Counted from the first letter of the stretch, positions 21,318-32,615 are shown. The stretch: 64,000 nucleotides of DNA from Rebecca billardiae RCC1528 (GCA_965240325.2 OZ251250.1:806001-870000), one strand, 5' to 3'. Translations and numbers: made by a program. Notes: generated from the sequence alone by a model not told the origin.

Positions 21318-23030
21318 ATGGCGGCGAACGCTTCCGCGGCGGTCAGGCTCCTCTTGCGCAAGTCGGGGCGCGGCGACGCGCGTGCGACGTTCCTTTTGGC
21401 GCGGCGGGCTGAGGATGGCGACGGTGTTGCGCAGGACGAGCGCGAAGCCTTTCGTCTGTACACCCTCGCCGCTGAGCGCGGCCTTGCCGATGCGCAGACG
21501 AGAATGGGCCACATCTACGTGAACGGCTCACTTGGGCAGGCAAAGGACTTGGAGGCAGGCGCGCGCTGGTACCGACTGGCGGCCGAGCAGGGCTATGCTG
21601 AAGCGCAGGGCATTCTGGGCGCGTGCTACTCGCATGGCGAGGGTGTGCAGCAGGATTTGGGCGAGGCAGCGCGCTGGTACCGACTGGCGGCAGAGCAGGG
21701 CTATGTTGACGCGCAGCACAATCTGGCCCTGTGCTACGAACTTGGCAAGGGTGTGCCGCAGGATTTGGGCGAGGCGGCGCGCTGGTACCGGCTGGCGGCC
21801 GAGCAGGGCGTTGCTAACGCGCAGTACAATCTGGGCGTGTGCTACGCGCAAGGTGAGGGTGTGCAGCAGGATTGGGGCCAGGCAGCGCGCTGGTTACGGC
21901 TGGCGGCGGAGCAGGGCTATGCTCAAGCGCAGTTGTTTCTGGGCGAGGGCTACGCACATGGCAAGGGTGTGCAGCAGGATTTGGGCGAGGCGGTGCGCTG
22001 GTACCGGCTGGCGGCCGAGCAGGGCGTTGCTAACGCGCAGTACAATCTGGGCGCGTGCTACGCGCAAGGCGCCGGTGTGCAGCAGGATTGGGGCGAGGCA
22101 GCGCGCTGGTGCCGGCTGGCGGCCGAGCAGGGTGATGCTCAAGCGCAGTGCGTTCTGGGCACGTGCTACTCGCGAGGTGATGGTGTGCAGCAGGATAGGG
22201 GCGAGGCAGTGCGCTGGTACCGGCTGGCGGCCGAGCAGGGCCTTCCCAAAGCGCAGTGGAAGCTGGGCGAGAGCTACGTGCTAGGTGAGGGTGTGCAGCA
22301 GGATTGGGGCGAGGCAGTGCGCTGGTGCCGGCTGGCGGCCGAGCAGGGCGTTGCTGCAGCGCAGTACACTCTGGGCGCGTGCTACGCGCGTGGCGAGGGT
22401 GTGCAACAGGATTTGGGCGAGGCGGCGCGCTGGTGCCGGCTGGCGGCCGAGCAGGGCGAGGCTCATGCGCAGTTCCAACTGGGCTTGTGCTACTCTCTAG
22501 GCAACGGTGTGCAGCAGGATTGGGGCGAGGCAGCGCGCTGGTACCGGGTGGCAGCCGAGCAGGGCGATGATGCATCGCAGCACAATCTGGGCTTGTGCTA
22601 CTCTCAAGGCAACGGTGTGCAGCAGGATTGGGGCGAGGCAGCGCGCTGGTTCCGGTTGGCTGCTGATGGCGGGAGTGCAGGTGCACACATCTCGCTGGGA
22701 CAGGTGTTGCTGCACGGTCAGGGAGTGGAGCGTGACGTGGAGGAGGGCGCGCGGCTGATGCGCCGTGCCCAAGAGCTCGATCCCAACCTCAGAGATCCAG
22801 CGTGCGATTCGCTGGCATCGTTCGCTGGAGCGCGTGAGGTGGTCTCCCTGTGCTGCATCGCCTGCGGACAGACAGGCCGTGGTCTGAAGAAGTGCGAGCG
22901 GTGCCACGTGGCGGTCTTCTGCTCGCGTGAGCACCTGCGCAGCTCGTGGAAGGTGCACAAGCCCCACTGCAATGAGTGGTGCGCACAGGCAGCAGGTGAC
23001 GAAGCCTCTGGCAGCTCAGCGCCCGGCTAG
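21318..23030 (+). CDS. Sel1-like repeat protein (~13 x 36 aa) with C-terminal MYND zinc finger
   Basis: Repeats A.AQ..LG.CY..G.GVQQD.GEA.RWYRLAAEQG; MYND-type CIACGQ...KKCERCHVAVFCSREHLRSSWKVHKPHC. Intronless; ATG at 21318. Confidence 0.92.
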   Translation: MAANASAAVRLLLRKSGRGDARATFLLARRAEDGDGVAQDEREAFRLYTLAAERGLADAQTRMGHIYVNGSLGQAKDLEAGARWYRLAAEQGYAEAQGILGACYSHGEGVQQDLGEAARWYRLAAEQGYVDAQHNLALCYELGKGVPQDLGEAARWYRLAAEQGVANAQYNLGVCYAQGEGVQQDWGQAARWLRLAAEQGYAQAQLFLGEGYAHGKGVQQDLGEAVRWYRLAAEQGVANAQYNLGACYAQGAGVQQDWGEAARWCRLAAEQGDAQAQCVLGTCYSRGDGVQQDRGEAVRWYRLAAEQGLPKAQWKLGESYVLGEGVQQDWGEAVRWCRLAAEQGVAAAQYTLGACYARGEGVQQDLGEAARWCRLAAEQGEAHAQFQLGLCYSLGNGVQQDWGEAARWYRVAAEQGDDASQHNLGLCYSQGNGVQQDWGEAARWFRLAADGGSAGAHISLGQVLLHGQGVERDVEEGARLMRRAQELDPNLRDPACDSLASFAGAREVVSLCCIACGQTGRGLKKCERCHVAVFCSREHLRSSWKVHKPHCNEWCAQAAGDEASGSSAPG

Positions 23031-23422
23031 TGACAGTGAGTGAGTGACACGGTAGTGAGCCCGCCCACGGCCACGGGTGTCACTCACTCACTGGGTGACG
23101 GCCAGACGGGACGGACTGCCGACTGACGACGGTCGGGAGGTCGGCCCCTGCTCGCAGCTCGGGCGCCCGCCATTCGGAAGTGCGGCGACGGCACGCCATA
23201 TGTGTCACTACTTCGTTCATGTGACCATGTCAGTCACACTCCAACAGTGGGCCTCACAGCCCATCCGAACGAAGTATCCGAACTGCCATCTGGGCACGGC
23301 GGCGACTCAGTCAGCTGTCAGGGCACGCACCGAGGGCGAGGACTCCAGCGCGAGGACGATCACTATCAGTGGGCCAGTGGCTGCTGCTGGTGTGCGCCGT
23401 GGACCGCCGAGCCGCATCGTCC

Positions 23423-24683
23423 TCAGCCCTGCGACATCGATGTCGGCGGCTGTGAGAGCGGTCCCTCGCCACCGTCAGCGTCGTCGTCCGCGCACGCGCC
23501 GCTGTCGTGCAGCCGACACGCGCGCGCGCGCACGTGCCTGGGCGGAGACCCGGTCAGCAGCGCGCGTGCCGCTCCAAGCGGCACAGGCGCGGCATACTCG
23601 GTCACCCCTTGGCCATCGTCGTCGGATCTATCAACCTCCTGCGCGCGGCGGCGGCGGCGCGCGCAGCAGTGCGAGCGCGGGCGCCCGAGCATGAGCACCG
23701 CGCTGCCCTGCCCGTGCGCGAGCGAGCGGCGCCCGCGGCGCGCGCCGTGCGCTCACCATGGCATCATCTGCCGCCTCAGGCGAGGGTGGCGCGTGCCGCA
23801 GCGCGGCGGCGCACCGCCCCGCCGCACACGGCGCAGCGTGCACGCCCGCGCTCGCGAAGCCCAGCTGCCGCACTTGCTGCGGCAGCTGCTCCACCAGCGG
23901 CTCGTACCCGTCCGGGGCGGGGTAGCAGTCCGGTGCAGCCGGGGAGCGCGTGGCCGGCTCGGTCGATGCGGGTGAAGCCTCAAGGGCGGCGCCGCCGATG
24001 CCCGCGGTGGCTGCGGAGCGGGCGGCACCGCGCGCGGCCGGCAGGGGCGAGGACGGTGGCCGCGGCGCGTGCTCCGCGAGCAGCCGCGGCGCGTGCCGCC
24101 GGTGCAGCTCGATCCACGCCGCCTCGTCCGTCTCTGCGTCGGCAGCGGCCGGCTCCGCCAGCGGCCGCAGCGCATGCCTCAGCGCGCGGAAGGCTTGCTC
24201 GAGCGCGCTCATCGAGCCGAGCTCGACGGCGCCCGCGACATCGGCGTGCCAGGCGAGACGGAGCTGCACCCAACCCGCCCGCGGCTCGCTGGGCTTCAGG
24301 TTGCTCTCGAGCTCGAGCAGCGCTTCGCCAATGTCCGCCGGGTGGACGCCGCGCGCGGCCGCCTCCGACACGCGCCGCGCCCAGCGGCGCTGGGCGAAGC
24401 GCCACTTGTCCTTCATCGCGGACTGGGGCAGCAGCTCTTCGAGGGCTAGCACCTCGTCGTGCACCGGCGTCGGGTGCATCGCTGCCGCCGCCGGGAGCGG
24501 CTTGGGCGCCTTGTGCGCGAGCGCGCCGCCCGTGGCGACGTCGTCAAACTCGCGCGCAAACTTGCGCTTGGTGAGGCCGAGGTCGGCGGCGGCGTCGGCG
24601 GTCGAGCTGATGCGCGACATCGCACGCGTCGTTCGCCGCGCGGAGAGCGAGTCCTGCAGCGGCACCGGCGTCGACGCCTGCAT
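23423..24683 (-). CDS. Hypothetical protein with a WHIM3/WSD-like helical W-rich module
   Basis: LEELLPQSAMKDKWRFAQRRWARRV...IGEALLELESNLKPSEPRAGWVQLRLAW resembles the WHIM3 motif of DDT/BAZ proteins. Probable intron 23639-23756. Confidence 0.55.
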
Positions 24684-24948
24684 GGTCCGTGCCGTGCGCG
24701 CCGTGTACCACCCCGTCGGCAGTCCAGCTCGATGCGAACTCAAATCGAGCGTTCGCGCCGTCGATCGGCCGAGCGGGCGGCGGCGCTTTGAATTTCTCAC
24801 ACGCGTCGGGCGTCGACGCTTTCTTTGAAATTCGCGGGCTTCGCCGCCTTCTCGGCCGACGAGACAGACACGGGCTGATCAAGAGGGACGGAACGAGGGC
24901 TGCCGAGCGGCCTGCCGCCCTCGCCACCCAGTCGTCATTTCGAGGGCG

Positions 24949-26111
24949 ATGCGCGACGCGCACGAAGAGGCGCGCGCGCAGCCGGCGCGGCGGCGGGCGC
25001 TGCTGTACCGCGGCTTTGCCACAGCCTCGGCCGCGCACGTGCGCGCACGCTCGTCCTTCATCCGGCCGCACGCCACGTATGGCTGCCACAGCGGCGCGCA
25101 CGCCGCGCACGCCGCGCGCGGTGTGACGCTCAACGCGGTCGCGCGCTCGGCGCTCCCGCCGTACCGCTTCGCGGCGGCGTCGGCGCTCGAGCGGCCGTAC
25201 GGCGGCGAGCGCGCGTCGAGCCCGCTCACCAAGGCCGCCTTCGCCGGCTCTGCCGCGCACGGTCTCGGCGCGGGCGGCGCGGCGCGCCCCGGCACCGCTT
25301 CGGCACCGCCGCCGCCGCCAAAGGACTATCCGCCGCCGCCGTTCAAGGGCCTGGCGTCGGCGTTCGCGGCGAAGGCGCTCGTGCTCACCGTGGTCAAGTG
25401 CTACGCGCTCTCCTTCGGCAACACCATGTTCACCGCCGACCTCGAGGAGTCGGCCATCACGGATGACCAGATCACGAGCGCGCACAAGGCCGCCGTCGAG
25501 CTGATCGGGCGCGAGCTCGCGACGATCACGCTGCGCCGCTGCCTGGAGAAGGCGGCGATCCTCGCGCTGGACAGGCGGTGGTCGACCAAGCTGCTCAAGG
25601 TGCGCGCGCCGCCGCCCGCGGCCCGTCTGCCCGCCCGCCGCGCCGCGCGCCGCTCCCTGCTGCGCGGCGCGGCTGCGCGCTTGCGCCCTGCGCCGTGCTC
25701 ACGCGCGGCTGCGCCGTGGCCTCGCCGCGCGCGCGCGGCGTGCGGCAGGACGTGGGCGCGTCGGCGAGGCGCAAGGCCACGCGCGACGGCCGCATCTTCG
25801 CCGCGGGGCGCATCGCGCTCACTGCGCTCCGCTCCACGCTGCTCGTCCACCTGGCCACGTGGGTGGTGGAGGCGGCCATTGACGTGTTCGCGTGCGTGCG
25901 CGGCCGGATCTCGGCGCGGCAGTGCGCGCGCATCGTGCTGCACCGCGCGGTGAACCGGCTGATCTGCGCGCTGTCCGGCGCGCTCGGCGCGTCGATCGCG
26001 ACCCTGCTGCTCCCGGGCATGGGCACCTTCATCGGCGCACTGCTCGCAGAGTCGGCCGGCCCTTCGCTCACCGTCGCCCTGCTTGGCGAGGTCGGCGCCT
26101 TTGCCGCCTGA
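24949..26111 (+). CDS. Hypothetical membrane protein, 2 exons
   Basis: Intron 25600-25748 (GTGCG..GGCAG) joins KLLK|DVGASARRKA in frame. C-terminal Gly-zipper-like hydrophobic helices (GALGASIATLLLPGMGTFIG). Confidence 0.7.
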
Positions 26112-26851
26112 GAGGGAGTGTGTGCGTGTGAGGGAGACAGAGGGGAGCGGTACACGCAACCATCATCGGCTGGGCGGACGACGGGAACAGGCTGGCAGGG
26201 GCCCGTGTCCGGGACCGAGTCGCGGAACTGCGGCAGACTACCGGACACGGAATGAGGCCGGAGCGCGCGTGGTACTGGTCCGCCGAGTGCGCAAGTGGCA
26301 CCACTTGCGTCCAAGATGAGGAGTGCAGTAGCCTGCGGATGAGCTGGAGAGCCTGGAGACGAAGTCACGGGAGTGGCGGCGATCGGGCACGGCGCGGCGT
26401 TACTAGCTTATTATATTATATATTATAATAATATATATTATTATAATAATAACTAGTCAGTACTATGATGATACGTTGCCGCGCGCGACCGGCGACGGTC
26501 ATGGCCCGCGGTGTAGGGCGGAGCGCGTAGCGTGGAGCCCCGCCGGGGGCCCTCACTACGTTGTCAAAAAGATCTTTTGATCAAAGAAAAGGGGACGGGG
26601 GACGATTTTGAGGGGTGTTGGAGGGTGAGTTTTCGCTTTTTCGAGGGGTACGTTGGCCCATAGTGCTCTGCATTAGCAACTACGCGCTTGACGAAATAAG
26701 CGCGCCCACGCCATTCCGCATAAGTCGATGGACGGACGTGGGATCAGATACCCCGGGGGTGAAACAAGTGAGTATTTTTGTCATTCTTGTATGCTGGAGT
26801 ACGAGTTTGCCGAGCGACGTTTGATTGTTTCGAGTCAAAAACTTGTTATGA

Positions 26852-27147
26852 GAAGGATCCCAGCAAAACCGTTTAATTGGAGCTACGGGAGCTACGACCT
26901 AATGGAGATCGCCGTAAACGCTATTATCTCGTTTGGTTTTGATTCTTGCCGAAGCAGAGATAACCGTGATCACTATCTATCTCCATTCGATCTTACGCGA
27001 AGGATCCCAGCAAAACCGTTAATTGGAGCTACGGGAGCTACGACCGCTAATGGAGATCGCCGTAAACGCGATTATCTCGTGTAGTTCTGATTATTGCCAA
27101 AACAAAGATAACCGTAGTCGCTATCTATCTCCATTCGATCTTACGCG
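26852..27147. repeat. Tandem duplication, ~147-bp unit x2
   Basis: gaaggatcccagcaaaaccgtt...ctatctatctccattcgatcttacgcg starts at 26852 and again at 26999. Confidence 0.9.
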
Positions 27148-27647
27148 CCAACTACCTTATTTATGGGGTTACTCAGGCTATTTGATTTTGAAGCGGTTGC
27201 TCAGGACTGGTCAGCTCGCACCGCAGATCAGCGCGACGTGCCGCGTTGGCGGCGGAGGCGGCCGCCGCCGACGCCTCGCCCGGCGGCGGCGCGTGGCGTG
27301 GCACGCGGGTTCAGGCCAGGTGCCGCAGTGCATCCAGGACCGCCGCCGCGTCAGGACGGCGAGCGCACGGGCCGTGCCCGCCGCCCGGGGCGTGCGGCCG
27401 CCAGTCAAACTCGGCGCGAACCGCGGCAGTGAAGATGATCAACACAGCGAAGAAGCAGGTGGTGATCGAGGCGCTGGGCCTAGTGGGCCTGAACATGATG
27501 CTGCGCATCTTCTTGGGCCTGCCCGACGCGCACCCCACGCAGACGTCGCTTCTGGGCGAGTGGCACTCGCGACCCGTGACTGTTCCCGGTCGACTCGCTC
27601 GCACTTCGCAGGCCGTGTTCACTCAAGCTGGTCTTCGTCTACTGTCC

Positions 27648-27854
27648 TCCGCGTCGCGACGATGGGCTCGACGGAGCCGCACAACCTGCAGCTGCTGCAA
27701 GATTCACGCACCCTGCGCGTGCGCTGCCCCGAGACCGCGCCGCCGCCACCGCGCGTCTTCCGCGTCGCGACGATGGGCTGGCGACGGAGCCGCACAACTG
27801 CTGCAGCTGCTGCAAGATTTATTCACGCACCCTGCGCGTGCGCTGCCCCGAGAC
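27648..27854. repeat. Tandem duplication, ~111-bp period x2
   Basis: tccgcgtcgcgacgatgggct...caccctgcgcgtgcgctgccccgagac at 27648 and 27759; the second copy carries small insertions. Confidence 0.85.
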
Positions 27855-29502
27855 TACTCGAGGGACTGGTCGCAACCGCCTCCGGGGCTGGCCGTCACCC
27901 CGCTGGCGCCGGGCGGCCCCGGGTCGCGGGACTACTGTAGCCGCGCAGCCATTCCGGAATCCGGTGGCGGGGCGTGCGGCCCCGGGCTGCCATCGGCATC
28001 GCCATCGGCATCGGGCATCGCCATCGGCCCCGGCCGAGTTGCCGAGGCAAGCCGACGGCGACGTGCCGCTGCGAGCCGGAGCCTTGACTCTTGACTCTTG
28101 AGGCTTGACGAGTGGCATGGCCCATGCGGCGGCAGTAGTTAGTCGCCGGACTCGGGCCGTATCGCCATCGGCGATCCAGAGTCCTCGCTCGGCCCCCGGG
28201 CCGCAGCCCGGGCCCGGAGCCAGTGGGCGGGCAACTGAGTGAGCCGTAGCATGGCACTGCTCACAGGCGAACTGTTGGTTGGCACCGACGGACACGGTCA
28301 GACTATAATAATTAGATGACAGACAGCGTCTGTATGACGATACATACTGCTGGCTTATTCGGCGGTTAGCAAGCCGACAGAGAGTCGGCACCGCGGGCCC
28401 CTAACTACGTTGGTTCTACGAAAGCGGACCGCGGAACGCGGTCATATATCACTGATGTGACTGAGTGGCACGGCTGCTGATCGGCTCCGGGCGGGTCACC
28501 GACTAGCTAGTGAGTAGTGTATGAGTGACACATCGCCGCGATTATATATATATATTATCCATTTATATCGCCAGGCGGCGCGGGGCCAGTCCGCCGGGGC
28601 AGTAGTACACTGTACAGCCGGCACTCGGCAGTAGGCCTGGCAGTAGCGGGGCTGCTGGGGCACTGCTACTGCTAGACTCCTAGCAGTACTAACTTACCGC
28701 CGACTCGGCTCAAGATCGAGGCCTACCTAGAGCCTCGTCACGAGCCCAAGGCTCAGTGCGTCGTGATATGAGAGTGACGATCCGAGTCTGCGTGACGACG
28801 TATTAGGCGTACTTGACGACGACTACAGAACGTACAGTACTGGCTCCGGCTTCGGTCCACCCCGCCCCCCCGGTCCGGTCACTGGAGCGTTACATCTTGA
28901 CACTGCAATCAGGCGGGATCGCTGCGGCCTCTGATGATATCTACAAGTACAATAGCTCCTAGACCAGCCCAGGCGGTCCCTTGCCCTTGGACGATATTAG
29001 TTACGGCCAGATGGATCATCACTCATCAGCCCGACCCGCAATAGGTTCAGACTCATCGTCCGCATTTTCTACTAATAATTAAATAACCAGTCCGGGTGAA
29101 ATTTCCGCATATGTATACAGGTGTCCGGAACGCGCCCGGAATGTGCTGAAATCTGAGCAAGGGACGGGTAATTGCATCATATATAGTAAAATAATAGCTA
29201 TATATAGCCTGAACCTGATTAGTAATTGGGAGGTGGTCGGATGCGATTCATTAGTCGGACATTTCTCGTTGAAGTCATCGGGAGTCGGAACTTAATAATC
29301 GTCTTATTCGGCCTTCGCCAAGTGGCGCTTCGTCAAGTGGCGCTTCGTCCGACAACTACTGCGCGGACGACTCAGCGCTACTTATTATTCGATTATTCGC
29401 GCGCGTATTCGCGATCAAGTGGCGCTTCGTCCGCGCAGGAGCGGCGCGGCGTGCGTGCGGAGCCTGCCTCGCCATCGTCACCCGGCGTGCGAGCCGCGCG
29501 CG

Positions 29503-30351
29503 CTACTGCGCCCCGTCCTCGCCGGGCGGCGGCGCCATCCGGCGCAGCACGAAGCACGTGCCCTTGTTGCCGCGCGCGATGCGCAGGTCGGCGTCCAGGT
29601 AGGTCGTTTCCAGGAAGCCGCGCGACTCGTTGGGCAGCAGCCGGAAGGGCACGGGGTAGGGCAGGCGCACGGGCTCGTCGAGCGGCGCCTTCGTCAGCGG
29701 GTTGTGCGTGAAGAGGAAGAAGGCGTTGTCGAACTTGATCTCGAGGCGGCCCTGCGCGGACACGGCCGTGATCGCCGCCTCGAGCCGCAGCCGGCCGCCC
29801 AGCGCCTCCTGGAAGTCGATCACGTTGCAGAAGCGGCTGAGCGCGGGGTCGACGGTCTGGTAGACGAGCGAGACCTGCGCCACCGAGCCGATCACCGCGC
29901 GCTGGATGGGCGACGGGCCGTTCTCCAGCAAGTAGGACAGCCACTCCACCTGCTCCACGCCCGTGTTCGAGCGGAGAGTGTAGAGCAGCTGCCAGCAGCC
30001 GGCGAGCTGCCCGCTCGCGCGCGGGTCGGCGATCGGGCCGGTGGCCTCGAGCTGCTCGACCAGCGTGTCCAGCCGCCGCTTGTCCTCCACGCTCGCGCGG
30101 CTGCCGCGCGAGGTCGACTCGAGCTCAGCCTCGACCGCGCGCACGAGCTGATCCTTCACCTCACGTGTCGAGGCGGCCGTTGTGGCGAGGGTCGGCGCCG
30201 CGCGCGGGCGGCGTGGGGCCGCACGCGCTGGACGGGGGAAAGCGAGCGGGCCCGGGGCGGCGAGGGCTGCCCTCGGCAGCGGGGCACACGCGCCGGAGGC
30301 GGCCACCGCGCCGCACGCGAGCAAGAGCGCGTGCATCAGGGCCGCGGCCAT
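29503..30351 (-). CDS. Plastid lipid-associated protein / fibrillin (PAP_fibrillin)
   Basis: Signal+transit-like N-terminus; LVEQLEATGP...LAGCWQLLYT, VYQTVD, GFLETTYLDADLRIARGNKGTCFVL. Confidence 0.9.
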   Translation of the reverse strand: MAAALMHALLLACGAVAASGACAPLPRAALAAPGPLAFPRPARAAPRRPRAAPTLATTAASTREVKDQLVRAVEAELESTSRGSRASVEDKRRLDTLVEQLEATGPIADPRASGQLAGCWQLLYTLRSNTGVEQVEWLSYLLENGPSPIQRAVIGSVAQVSLVYQTVDPALSRFCNVIDFQEALGGRLRLEAAITAVSAQGRLEIKFDNAFFLFTHNPLTKAPLDEPVRLPYPVPFRLLPNESRGFLETTYLDADLRIARGNKGTCFVLRRMAPPPGEDGAQ

Positions 30352-30505
30352 TGTTGAGTTGTGACGCGCAAGACGGCGAGGAGTCGTGTTCGCTGTTCAG
30401 CAGATTTGGAGATTCTCAGATTCCCGCCACTTGAAGTCCTGTGCGGCAGCGCCCTCGGCCCTGCGCCAGCACGGCGCGCGCCGACGGCCCGCGGTGCGCG
30501 ACGCG

Positions 30506-32308
30506 ATGCGCTGGGCGTGGCTCGCGCTCGTTGGGGCGGGCGTCGCCCAGCCCCTCGACGCGCCGCACGAGCCCGTGCGGCTCGACTCGCGCACCGTGCT
30601 GCTGTGCGCCACGGCGCTCCTCGCCATCAGCGCGTGCGCGTACATGGCGCGGTGGACGCGGCACTGCGCGCGCGCGCGGCTGCCGCCGACCGCGCCGGAC
30701 AGCCTACTGCGCGTGCTCGCCAAGCTGAGCTCGGGCGACGCGCCGTACTGGCTGCTGCACCTCTCCCGCACCGTCGGGCCCGTCTTCCGCCTGCGCTTCC
30801 CCGCCGTCACGCCGCTCGTCGTCGTGGCCGACGCGGCGCTGGCGCGCGCAGTGCTCACACAGCCGAGCGCCGACAAGCCGCGCTGGCTGTACGGCCCGCT
30901 GTCCGCCATCACCGCCGGCGTGCCCACGATGTTCACCAAGCCCACGCACGCGCACGCGCGCCACGCCTCGAACTGGGCGCCCACGCGCCGCGGCGCCGCG
31001 CCCGCGTTTGGCGCCGCGCAGCTCGGCCACACGCGCGCGCTCATCGCCGCGCGGCTGGTGCGCTGGTGCGAGGAGCAGCTGGAGCCGGCCGTGGCGGCGG
31101 GCACGCCGGTGGCGGTGTGCCCGCTGATGCTCCGCCTCGCCGTGCGCCTCATCTGCGAGGCCGCCCTCGAGTGCGCGCCCACGGACGCCGAGTCCGGGGA
31201 ATTAGTCCGGGACCTGGAGGCAGTCCTGGTGGAGGTCACTCTCACGCGGCCCGCGCGCCCGGGGCGCGCGCTGCTGGCGTGGGCTCTGCCGGGCGCGCGC
31301 GCGGCGCAGGCGTCGATGGCGCGGCTGATGCGCTTCGCGCAGGGCAGGATCGACGCCTGCCGCGCGCGACGCGCGGCGGAGGCGGCGGCGCCGCCGGGCG
31401 GCTGCCCGGCGGCGGCAGCCATGTGGCCCTCCGCTGCGGCGGCGGCAGCAGCGGCGGCGGCGGCAGCGCCGCCTCCGCCGCCGCCGTCGGCGTGCGGCTC
31501 GCTGCTCGAGGCGATCGTGACGAACGGCGCGTACGCGTCGGACCGCGAGCGCTGCGCCGACGTGCTCACCATGCTCGTCGCCGGGCACGACACGACCGCG
31601 TACACACTCGCGTGGGCGCTTGTCGAACTCAGCCGCCACCCACTTGAGCAAGAGCACGTGGCTGCGGGCGTGCGCGAGGCGCTGGCGCGCGGGCAGCCGC
31701 TGCACGGCTCGGCGGCGCTGGGCGCCGCGCTGCGCGAGGCGATGCGGCTGCAGCCCGTCGCGTCGATGGGCTCCTTCCGCGTGCTCGGCGCCGCCCTCGC
31801 CTCCGCAGACGGCACCGTCCAGCTGCGCGCTGGCTCGTACGTCTGCGTGCCCCTCCTCGCGCTGCACCGCTCCACCGCCGCGTTCGGGGCAGACGCGGAC
31901 GAGTTCAGGCCGGGGCGGTGGCTCGGGGGCGCGGCGGCGGGCGGCGCGGGCGGCGCGGGCGCGAAGCCGCGCGGCTCGACAGGCGACGCGGCCGACGGCA
32001 CGCCCGCCGCCGCGGCGGACGACGGTAGCGGCAGCGGCGCCGATGCGGCCACTCCCACTCCGCCCGCGCTCACGCTGGCTGAGCGCATCATGCCCTTCTC
32101 CCTCGGCCGGCGCAACTGCGTCGGGCAGGCGCTGGCGCAGGCGGAGCTCAGCCTCGTGCTCGGCACGCTCTGCGCGCGGTACCGCTTCGAGCTGAGCGCC
32201 CCGCCGGTCCCGTCCTTCTTCCTCACGCACAAGCCCGCACACGCGCAGCTGCTCGTGCACGCGCGCACGCCGATCATCGCGCTGACGAGAGCTCAGAACA
32301 CGACATGA
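30506..32308 (+). CDS. Cytochrome P450
   Basis: I-helix AGHDTTA, K-helix EAMR, FRPGRW and haem signature PFSLGRRNCVG; N-terminal hydrophobic anchor; intronless. Confidence 0.95.
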   Translation: MRWAWLALVGAGVAQPLDAPHEPVRLDSRTVLLCATALLAISACAYMARWTRHCARARLPPTAPDSLLRVLAKLSSGDAPYWLLHLSRTVGPVFRLRFPAVTPLVVVADAALARAVLTQPSADKPRWLYGPLSAITAGVPTMFTKPTHAHARHASNWAPTRRGAAPAFGAAQLGHTRALIAARLVRWCEEQLEPAVAAGTPVAVCPLMLRLAVRLICEAALECAPTDAESGELVRDLEAVLVEVTLTRPARPGRALLAWALPGARAAQASMARLMRFAQGRIDACRARRAAEAAAPPGGCPAAAAMWPSAAAAAAAAAAAAPPPPPPSACGSLLEAIVTNGAYASDRERCADVLTMLVAGHDTTAYTLAWALVELSRHPLEQEHVAAGVREALARGQPLHGSAALGAALREAMRLQPVASMGSFRVLGAALASADGTVQLRAGSYVCVPLLALHRSTAAFGADADEFRPGRWLGGAAAGGAGGAGAKPRGSTGDAADGTPAAAADDGSGSGADAATPTPPALTLAERIMPFSLGRRNCVGQALAQAELSLVLGTLCARYRFELSAPPVPSFFLTHKPAHAQLLVHARTPIIALTRAQNTT

Positions 32309-32437
32309 CGACGCGACGCGGCGACGCGTGAGCGGCGCTGCGCGCTGCTAACACGTGCGCGATGGCCGTCTGTGATGATGACTGACGACGACGTATACAT
32401 GCGCGCTGGTCAATGATGACGACGTCTATACATCATC

Positions 32438-32615
<178 letters not shown>

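Larger units (their letters stand above)
26503..28412. mobile_element. Candidate non-autonomous element bounded by a GC hairpin and short direct repeats
   Basis: GGGCCC(C)T(C/A)ACTACGTTG at 26547-26563 and 28395-28412. 11-bp inverted repeat at 26503-26513 / 28389-28399. AT-rich interior with tandem duplications. Confidence 0.35.

Noticed and set aside
21560-22660. Regular repeat/variable pattern resembling a CRISPR array
   Set aside because: The 108-bp in-frame period encodes Sel1 repeats, the variable parts are homologous to each other, and there are no cas genes.
28970-29170. Short inverted repeat GTCCCTTGC / GCAAGGGAC
   Set aside because: Only ~10 bp with no matching TSD, too weak to call an element.
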